Shown here in pieces: positions 55,488 through 64,000 of a DNA stretch of 64,000 bases. Positions within the stretch are counted from its first letter, which is position 1. Each line of letters opens with the position of its first letter. Both the position numbers and the translations under genes were made by a program. The notes below the pieces were generated by a model that worked only from the letters and a program-made list of their open reading frames with translations, was not told where the DNA came from and did not search any database. The DNA comes from Octopus sinensis (Eukaryota): contig NC_042997.1 of the NCBI RefSeq assembly GCF_006345805.1, forward strand, positions 133,052,001-133,116,000. The letters run 5' to 3'.

Positions 55488-55690
55488 CAGTTAATCCAAA
55501 CATGAACAAAGAGAAAACGCAACAACGCGAGGACGTGGAACAAGTATAGTGTTATTGGACGCTCAGGAAAGGAAAGAAAGAAGGAGGATTTAACGTTTCG
55601 AGCGGAGCTCTTCGTCAGAAACATAGAAAAAGGAAAAGTCCTAGGAAGGGAAGACGGAGAAAGAAAATCGCCAACGATACACACGTGGTC
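55488..55690 (-). mobile_element. PLE pseudo-LTR fragment carrying an HHR
   Basis: Homologous to 19228-19425; abuts (TATG)n. Confidence 0.75.
55588..55622 (-). ncRNA. ultra-minimal type-I hammerhead (canonical core plus extra A)
   Basis: Minus strand: GTTT CTGACGA A GAGC tcc GCTC GAAA CG T T AAAT; palindromic ACGU stem III. Confidence 0.8.
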
Positions 55691-55726
55691 ACATATTGAA
55701 TATGTATATGAATGTATGAATGTAGG

Positions 55727-55760
<34 letters not shown>

Positions 55761-55780
55761 GGCATGTATTCTTTTATTCT

Positions 55781-55993
55781 CTTATATGTTTCAGTCATTT
55801 GACTGCGGCCATGCTGGAGCACCGCCTTTGGTCGAACAAATCAACCCCAGGACGTATTCTTTGTAGGCCTAGTACATATTATATCGGTCCTTTTTGCTGA
55901 ACCACTAAGTTACGGGATGTAAACACGCTAAAATTGGTTCTCAAGCGATGGTGGGGGACAAACAAAGACACACAAACATACACAGACACAAGC

Positions 55994-56024
<31 letters not shown>

Positions 56025-56178
56025 CGACAGGCTTATTTCAGTTTCCGTCCACTCACAAGGCTTTGGTCGGTCCGAGGCTATAGTAGAAAACAGTTGCCCG
56101 AGGTGCCACGCAGTGGGGCTGAACCCGGATCCTTGTGATTGGAAAACAATTTCGTAGCACACAGCCATTTCTGCGTCT
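55781..56178 (-). mobile_element. SINE family A, full length
   Basis: Colinear with 5737-6173. Confidence 0.9.
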
Positions 56179-56193
56179 ATATATAATATTCAT

Positions 56194-56506
56194 AGCCACT
56201 TTAAAGAGGCTATCCGTTCGAGTGGACTCTACTGCGAATTTTTTAACCACAAGAGGACATTTCCTCTAGTTGATTAAAGATGCACAGCTGTGTCCGATAA
56301 AATTGCGAGCAGGAGTGCGACCTCTTACCATGCTCTAGCGATGGGACCAGTAGTCCCCGTTTGTAGGGGATGGTTGGGGTTCGCTTTCCTACTTGCAATT
56401 CTATCGCATGCAGCTGTGCATTGTTAACCAGCTAGATAAGATGTCCTCTTGGGGTTAAAAAATCTGAGTAGAGTCCGCTCGAACGGATGGCCATATTAAA
56501 GTGGCC
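56194..56506. mobile_element. fold-back/MITE with ~120-bp imperfect TIRs
   Basis: AGCCACTTTAA..ATCCGTTCGAGTGGACTCTACT versus AGTAGAGTCCGCTCGAACGGAT..TTAAAGTGGCC; no clear TSD. Confidence 0.7.
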
Positions 56507-56794
56507 ACGAGTATTACTTGTCAGCACAACTACTGCGTTGATCTCTTATATATATATATATTAGGTTGTCAAGAAAGTTCTGGCAGAATTTTAAATTTTG
56601 TATGATGTATTTTCAAATTAAGTTTCATTAAATTACTTTGACTTTATATATCATTTTAAAGCCCGTTTGTTGCTCTATCTAATCCTGTTACCCATTTTTT
56701 GTTTTTGAATAATTAGGCCATTTTTTCCGGAACGTTGAATACAACGTGGACAAAAATTAAATTCGCACAATTTTCTTATTCCAGTTCAAGTTTT

Positions 56795-57081
56795 GTGAGT
56801 GGATTTGGTAGACGGAAACTGAAAGAAGTCCGTCGTATATATCTATATGTATATATATGTGTGTGTGTGTGTGTTTGTGTGTCTGTGTCTGTGCCACTCC
56901 CTTAACATCGCTTGACAACCGATGCTGGTGTGTTTACGTCCCCGTAACTTGGGTTCGGCAAAAAAGGCCGATAGAATAAGGACTAGGCTTGCAAAGAATA
57001 AGTCCTGGGGGTCGATTTGTTCGACTAAAGACGGTGCTCCAGCATGGCCGCAGTCAAATGACTGAAACAAGTAAAAGAGTA
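56795..57081 (+). mobile_element. SINE family A, 5' truncated
   Basis: GTGAGTGGATTTGGTAGACGGAAACTG..AAATGACTGAAACAAGTAAAAGAG. Confidence 0.9.
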
Positions 57082-57445
57082 TATGTTGACTGTCCTTATT
57101 TTATCAGCTCCTTATGGAATGCCAGTGAATTAGTGTCTCCTATTTTTCTGGAATCCATTCAGAATGCTAAGGTGTAATTATGGTGGTGATTTTATCAACT
57201 CTTCCTTCAACGATGCCCGGATGTTAGAAATTCTTATTTGACCAAACCAGTGAAAAGGGTAAAGGGGAAAGTATCAATCAAAATACGTATTAGAAAGCAG
57301 AATTTGATGTCAGTGCATACGATGAATGAAACAACATTGTTCTACATGTAGAAGCAGGGATAGTAATACCAGGAGCAGTCGTAGTAGTTGTAGTAGCAGC
57401 AGTAATAGCAGCGGTAGCAATAGTTATTGTAACAGCAGTATATTA

Positions 57446-57477
<32 letters not shown>

Positions 57478-57527
57478 TATTATTATTATTATTATTATTA
57501 TCATTATTATTATTATTATCATTATTA

Positions 57528-57561
<34 letters not shown>

Positions 57562-57669
57562 CATTATTATTATTATTATCATTATTATCATTATTATATT
57601 ATTATTATTATTATCATTATTATTATTATTATCATTATTATCATTATTATTATTATTATTATTATTATA

Positions 57670-57894
57670 TGTTTGACTTTTGCTTTACATTTGCACAAGT
57701 TGGCTCCAAGTCTCACCAAGAGACCTCAAGAGACAAGTTGGAAGTTCATGCTGGTGTTATGCCTAGGGTGCCATATATTTGGTTTTGTACTTAGTGTTGT
57801 ACTAGTGAATGCCTAAAAAGCCATACGAAAATTATGTTTGTTTTAAAACTTGAGATTACATAGAAAGTATTTTGCGTAGGATATGAGCAGTTCC

Positions 57895-57897
<3 letters not shown>
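57670..57897 (-). mobile_element. 3' end of REL-type LINE
   Basis: Minus GTAHILRKILSM* then UTR and (AAT)n tail. Confidence 0.7.
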
Positions 57898-57939
<42 letters not shown>

Positions 57940-58222
57940 GAGAAGTTCTTACATTTCAGGATGGGATATATATGTATATATATATATATATATATAATAT
58001 ATATATATAATTAATGTAGGATAAAAATTTTTTGGGGAAAAAAAATTTATCAATGGCCAGCATATCAAAAAATGCCTTTAAAGGTAAAATTTATACATAA
58101 TTTACAAAATAAGGGCAGAAGAAAAATTCTAATGCCAGATACGCCGAAACAAAAAATTGTCGATAACCATTAAATTTATGCGTCTCGAAACAAGCCGATA
58201 GAAATCTCTAAAAAATTCGTTA

Positions 58223-58283
58223 TTACCGTATTGGTCCAACTTCGGGGTTAATTCACAAGAAATTTTCCCCTCTTCAGCGGCAA
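58223..58283 (-). ncRNA. type-I hammerhead with A15.1G (GAAG)
   Basis: Mirror of 58871-58931 with C at plus 58240. Confidence 0.75.
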
Positions 58284-58870
58284 ATACGCGAGATATAAAT
58301 GAAATACTTACTCATACCCATGGAAGAAGCAAGCACTAAGTCCCGAGCAGACCTAAGTACCCTAAATATATCCAAAATAGAAAAATTTTCGGCGCACCTC
58401 GAGACACGTGTGATTCGAACTAGAACCGTTCACAGAGTGATAGAATCCGGAAGTGAACACTAATCTATTTATAATTAATATAGGATAAAAATTTTTTCGG
58501 GAAAAAAATTTTATCAATGGCCAGCATCGACAATTTTTTGTTTCGGCGTATCTGGCATTAGAATTTTTCTTCTGCCCTTATCTTGTAAATTATGTATAAA
58601 TTTTACCTTTAAAGGCATCTTTTGTTATGCTGGCCATTGATAATCTTTTTTTCCCGAAAAAATTTTTATCCTATATTAATTATAAATAGATTAGTGTTCA
58701 CTTCAAGATTCTATCACTCTGTGAAAGTTTCTAGTTCGAATCACACGTGTCTCGAGGTGCGCCGAAGATTTTTCTATTTTGGATATATTTGGGGTACTTA
58801 GGTCTGCTCGGGACTTAGTGCTTGCTTCTTCCATGGGTATGAGTAAGTATTTCATTTATATCTCGCGTAT

Positions 58871-58931
58871 TTGCCGCTGAAGAGGGGAAAATTTCTTGTG
58901 AATTAACCCCGAAATTGGACCAATACGGTAA
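58871..58931 (+). ncRNA. type-I hammerhead ribozyme (intact)
   Basis: TTGCCG CTGAAGA GGGG aa AATT tcttgtg AATT aa CCCC GAAA TTGG a CCAA T A CGGTAA; predicted AUA cleavage after 58925. Confidence 0.9.
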
Positions 58932-59043
58932 TAACGAATTCTTTGAGATTTCTATCGGCTTGTTTCGAGACGCATAAATTTAATGGTTATCGACAATTTT
59001 TTGTTTCGGCGTATCTGGCATTAGTATATATATAATATATATA

Positions 59044-59119
<76 letters not shown>

Positions 59120-59402
59120 GTGCGTGGCTTAGTGGTTAGGGCATGATTGTATGTTCGTGAGTTTGATTCCCGACGCATTGTGTCCTTGGGCAAGACACTT
59201 TAGACATCAACAGGGAAAAAAACAAATGTACCTGTAATGCAAAGGGCCAGCATGTCTCGTTCTGTTTCACGTTGATTCTCCCTGAGGGCTACGTTAAGGG
59301 TACGCATATGGTCTGCTCAGTCATTTGCACGTTAGTTCCAAGAGTAGGCTGTTCCATTGATCGGATCAACTAGAACACTCATCGTCGTAACCGACGAAGT
59401 AC
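59120..59402 (+). mobile_element. SINE family D (tRNA head plus CORE/Meta-like central domain)
   Basis: GTGGCTTAGTGGTTAGGG..GAGTTTGATTCC..TGTGTCCTTGGGCAAGACACTT; homologous to 61810-62116. Confidence 0.8.
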
Positions 59403-59934
59403 CATTTAATAAGAAAAATAATATATATTATAAACATTATGCTAACCATATTCACTTACAAGGCATTGGTTCGTACAAGCCTATAACAAAAGACTTGCCC
59501 AAGGTGCTGTGCAGGAGGACTGACCTCGAACCACCTGACTGCAAAGCGGGATTCTCAACCACACAGCCATGTCTCTACCAGAAATGTCTAAAAAGTAGCC
59601 TGATGATCATTGCTAAGTCTGCAATACTTAAATTGTACATGCGAACACTAGGCAGTTGTCCGTGGGTCCACGGGTCAAGGGTGCTCGATTATGATCTATA
59701 TATACTGTGGTTTGCTATCGACAGATAATACTATAGGTTCCAGTGCATTGATTTACTGGGGCTCTCATAATGGTGCTAAGGCGGTTCTGACCCAAACATC
59801 AATGTTTAGTGTATTGATGATGACTACGTAGTGTTGGCAGTGAAGTTCTGCTATTGATCTAGTCTCTCACAGCCACCACTTCGCCTTTCACAGGCACTCA
59901 AAAGAGCAACATGAAAATAATGGATGGGCTAGCG

Positions 59935-60544
59935 CAGTGGTTCTCGACCGGGTTCCATAAGGCCTTGGGTGTCCATATAGGATTTTGTCGTTAAAATTTA
60001 TGCGCAATGAATTGGTTAGTCCTACAATATACGAAATAAATTCTTTGTTCAATTCTTAAAATTGTAAGATATTCTTTTCTTTTATTGTTTTACTTGTTTT
60101 AGTCATTTGATTGTGGCCATGCTGGATCACCGCCTTTAGTTGAGCAAATCGACTCCAGGACTTATTCTTTGTAAGCCTGGTACTTATTCTATCGGTCTCT
60201 TTTGCCGAACCGCTAAGTTACGCGGAACGTAAACACACCAGCATCGGTTGTCAAATGATGCTGGGGGGAGGGGAGAAACACGCACACACACACACACACA
60301 GATATATATATATACGACAGGCTTCTTTCAATTTCCGTCTACCAAATCCACTCACAAGGGTTTGGTCAGCCCGAGGCTATAGCAGAAGACACTTGCCCAA
60401 GGTGCCACGCTGTGGGACTGAACCCGAAACAATGCGATTGGTAAGCAAGCTACTTACCACACAATACAGCGAATCACTGTGGAGATCCAGGAGAGTAAGA
60501 TAGAAATCAAAGGGGCCATAGGTAAAAGCTGTTGAGAACCTCTG
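59935..60544. mobile_element. hAT/Charlie-type MITE with nested SINE A (60089-60461, minus)
   Basis: TIRs CAGTGGTTCTCGAC and GTTGAGAACCTCTG; flanks GGCTAGCG/GTCCAACG match 5/8. Confidence 0.65.
60089..60461 (-). mobile_element. SINE family A, near full length
   Basis: Colinear with 5737-6173. Confidence 0.9.
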
Positions 60545-60979
60545 GTCCAACGAAAGAAAGACTATAGAAATATCCTGCTTAAAAGTGAAGAAAACCGAAA
60601 ACCAAAAGATAATTAAGACTTAATCGAACACATAATTATAGATTAAATACTTCCTATTTCTGCTCGTTCGAAAATTCCTTTTGCAGATGAGATCGCAGTT
60701 CTTTTAGACTCTGACGAATTCTAATTGAACAGACTTATGATTAAAGACATTCTATATAGGGTTGCCTTATCTAATGTGTCCTTCTTTACTCAGACGGTAA
60801 TGTGAGTTGGTCGATATTCTTAGCAAGTTGGACGACCACAAGGAAGCTTGTGTGTTAGATTGTCATATAATATAGTAGTCGTTATCAAACTGTGAAAAAT
60901 ATTGTCTTTGAGTGTTGCGATCTTTTCAAGTTTCCAGCTACTGAAGTTTAATGCCAGCTGTGCAGTAGTGAGAGAGAGG

Positions 60980-61022
<43 letters not shown>

Positions 61023-61809
61023 GGAGAGAGCTTTTGTCATCTAAATGGGAATCAACCAGCTTATCTAGGAAGGCGCTAGAATTTGAGACTGTGCTATCGA
61101 TGCTGACATTTCTATCATGATGATAATAAACATCATCGGTTTCATCATCATCATCATCATCATCGTCATCACCCTCGTCATCACCCTCGTCATCAATGTC
61201 ATTATTATATTACATTTTATTATTGTGCCAATGAACAGTGACGATACTTCGTAATTAAAATATTGATGCTATTTAATGAAACAGAAGCTGTCATTAGCAG
61301 ACAGATTTCTTTAACCAAATATTTCTGTCAAAGACAGAAGAATTACTGGATTTCAAATAAAATTCCTCGCCGCTAAAAAATACTATTCGTTGCCGTGGAA
61401 TTCAAATTAAAAATTTTGGTATTGAGAGGATGGGGGTGGCGATGGGGTTGGGTGATAGACAAAGACAAAAGTGGAAACTGAACGGAAACGAAATAAAACG
61501 AGAAAAAAAGCAATGAAACAAAAAAGAAAAAAATCATAGCTGTAAAATATCAAACAAGAATAAAATTTAACAGGAAAATTTAATAGTAAAAATATAAAAG
61601 TAAAAAAGAAACATAACTACAATATATAAAAATTTGAAAAAGTCAAAAATAAGCTACAAATGATAAGCAATTAAATGAATGATATAGAATGAATATTTTG
61701 AAATTGAAATATAAATAATCAACACTTAGATTTAAGCAATGAATGAGTTAAAATTTGAGGCTGTTGTTTTTGCTGTTTATGTTGTTGCTGTTGCTGTTAT
61801 TGTTTGTGA

Positions 61810-62116
61810 ATCTCTGTGGCTTAGTGGTTAGAGTATTTGACTCACGATTCATGGCGGTGCGTTGTGGATTCGATTCATGGCGGTGCGTTGTGTCCTTGAG
61901 CAAGGCCATTCCATTTCACGTTGCTCCGGTCCACTCAGCTGGCAAAAATGAGTAGTACCTGTAATTCAAAGGGCTAGCCTTGTCGCATTCTCTATGAGAA
62001 CTACGTTAATGTTACATGTATCTGTGGAGTACTCAGCCACTTGCACGTTAATTTCTCGAACAGGCAGTTCCATTAATCGGATCAACTGGAAACCCGCCGT
62101 CGTAACCGACGAAGTA
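61810..62116 (+). mobile_element. SINE family D
   Basis: GTGGCTTAGTGGTTAG..GTGTCCTTGAGCAAG..CACTCAGCTGGCAAAAATGAGTAGTACC..CGTAACCGACG. Confidence 0.82.
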
Positions 62117-62506
62117 CTAAATTGTTATTGTTGCTGCTGTTTAAAGAATATGATATAAAGGTAGATGTCAGTAATGGCAGCAATGTAGAATTAACAGCGT
62201 TCTCCAGATTTACTTCCAGCAAAATTCCACCCGCCTCAAACTAAATTACCTTCGATTTTCTGTAGAAGCCATCATTCAAATCTTCCTGAAATTATGCCCC
62301 GCCATCCTTCATAAAACATCGAGAAGATATGAAGTAATTCTTTGTCGCGAACGGTAGATGTTGAAGCAGATAAAACTAAAAATAATTGCTTCCAAAAATA
62401 TTAGGTCTAAAACCCTGTGAAGATATATTATGCAATATCGTCCATATACATTGCGCCTGATTTGAACACGACATGCTGACTTTAGGCTAAAAAGCTACTA
62501 CTACTA

Positions 62507-62549
<43 letters not shown>

Positions 62550-62558
<9 letters not shown>

Positions 62559-62790
62559 TGAAACAATAATATAATCCTTTTTACTATAGGCACAAGACCT
62601 GAACTTTTGAGGATGATGGTTAGTCGATGATAACAGCCCGAGTACTCAACTGGTAATTATTTTATCGACCCAGAAAGGATGAAATGCAAAGTCGACCTCG
62701 GCGGAATATGAATTCAGGGCGTAAAGACGTTCGAAATATCGCAAGGCATTTTACCCGGTGCGCTAATGACTTTGCCAGCTCGTCACCTCA
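62550..62790 (-). mobile_element. SINE family B
   Basis: TATCGACCCAGAAAGGATGAAA..GTCGACCTCGGCGGAA..GCCAGCTCG. Confidence 0.8.
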
Positions 62791-62835
62791 ATAATAATAA
62801 TAATAATAATAATAATATAATAATAATAATAATAA

Positions 62836-62871
62836 TTGATAAAGGGCAAATACCCTGAAACATGTCTGCAG
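62836..62871 (+). ncRNA. hammerhead remnant (GUC site), 5' strand of stem I replaced by (TAA)n
   Basis: TTGATAA AGGG caaata CCCT GAAA CATG T C TGCAG. Confidence 0.55.
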
Positions 62872-63049
62872 CTGTCTGACTGGCAGGATGAAGCGGCTGA
62901 CCTCCCCTGTTCGAAGGTTTATAATGGACGCAGGTTGTGTGTCAAATAGCTAGCTTGAGGCGGTGGCCTCTTGGAGCTAATCAGCGACAGCTTTAGTCTT
63001 ATATTTATAAGACTGCCATATAAGTATGGCGATAACTACGTATATATAT

Positions 63050-63424
63050 ATATATAACGGGAAGCTTATGAAAATAGACAAAAGACGAAGGCAGGTGGAA
63101 AACAAACGAACAATTGTATATAGTATGGCGCTCAGGAAAATAAATAAAACAAGTCTTTACGTTTCGAGCCTACGCTCTTCAACAGAAAGATACACAGAGA
63201 GAAAAAAACACAGAAAAAAGGAGAGAAAAAAAAATGCGTGCAGTAGCTAACGAATCAACATGGCGATCTGATTTCGGCCAGAGGTCAAAGATCAAACATG
63301 AGACGCGAGAGCGAAATAAGGGGAGATAATAGGGTTGATAATAGGGTTGAAGGACCAGCTAATAGTGCGTATGAGGGGTCTGGACGTGTGTATGTATAGG
63401 GTTGGTGTATGTATTAGTATGTAT

Positions 63425-63459
<35 letters not shown>

Positions 63460-64000
63460 AGAGAGTATTAGTGCGTAGGATTGGTCTGGACGTGTGTATG
63501 TATAGGGTTGGTGTATGTATTAGTATGTATTAGTATGTATTAGTACGTATTAGTATGTATTAGTTGGTGTATGTATTAGTATGGCACATCATATATGATG
63601 TGATGTGTAAAGTCGTGTGGTGTAGTGAGAAGAGGGGGAGGGGGAGAAGATGGGGGAAGAGGAGAGAATGGGGGAGAGAGAGGAGGGGGAGAAGGAAGGG
63701 GAGGAGGGGGAGGGGGGAGGACAGGGGAGGAGGAGGAAAGAGGGAGAGGGGGAGAGAGGGGAGTGAGGGAGTGAGGAGCAGAGGGAAGGGGAAGAGGGAA
63801 GGAGGGAGGGAGAAAGAGGGAAGAAGGGAAGGGAGTAGGGGTGAAAGGATGAAGACTGAAGAAGTAGGGGTCGGGGGGAAAGGAGAGGTGAGGAGGGGGG
63901 AGAGGGGGGGTTAGATGAGGAGGGGGGAGAGTTGAGACCAAATGGCGTATAAGAGCGAAGAGAGAAGATTAATTCCAGTTCACGGCGCAACGGGAATCCG
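63050..64000 (-). mobile_element. 3' end of a Penelope-like element: GIY-YIG C-terminus, low-complexity UTR, minimal HHR (63154-63190), (TA)n junction
   Basis: Minus RRELELIFSLRSYTPFGLN (~63930-63990) matches the PLE end motif E..I..L.T..P.GLN; TTT CTGTTGA A GAGC gtag GCTC GAAA CG T A AAG. Confidence 0.8.

Larger units (their letters stand above)
58007..59024. mobile_element. fold-back retrozyme-like / pseudo-LTR element, ~463-bp unit, flanked by (TA)n
   Basis: Unit start repeats at 58007 and 58471; inversion at 58526-58527; inverted arm 58526-59024. Confidence 0.88.

Noticed and set aside
58007-59024. Fold-backs as sequencing or assembly chimeras
   Set aside because: Arms differ by substitutions, junctions are asymmetric with microhomology, and the pattern recurs in different families. 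Not fully excluded without reads.

Overview
AT-rich, repeat-saturated eukaryotic DNA with no identifiable host gene and one 100-N gap (13355-13454). The tRNA-derived SINE families resemble those I recall from octopus genomes, so an Octopus origin is inferred. Almost all listed ORFs are translated microsatellites. Recognisable coding relics come only from transposons: a DD41D (rosa/Visitor) and a Tc1-like transposase, three Penelope-like element (PLE) RT/GIY-YIG relics, REL-type (R4/Dong-like) LINE pieces, an APE domain, another LINE RT C-terminus and a CCHC gag-like ORF. Non-coding elements include four SINE families, two hAT-type MITEs and two Helitron-like elements. The main signal is a dense set of minimal type-I hammerhead ribozymes (HHR). 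They sit in non-coding ~460-480 bp units that form tandem and divergent fold-back structures embedded in (TA)n microsatellites. The clearest are a 477-bp-unit array with five HHR copies (28850-31135) and an unrelated 463-bp-unit fold-back (58007-59024). In both, the inverted arm is one unit plus a 36-nt terminal redundancy, joined to the other arm by microhomology. A homolog at 18178-18238 shows compensatory base changes that support the HHR fold. Together this looks like a microsatellite-targeting, non-autonomous Penelope-derived (retrozyme-like) system. All folds were checked by eye only, and activity is not demonstrated.
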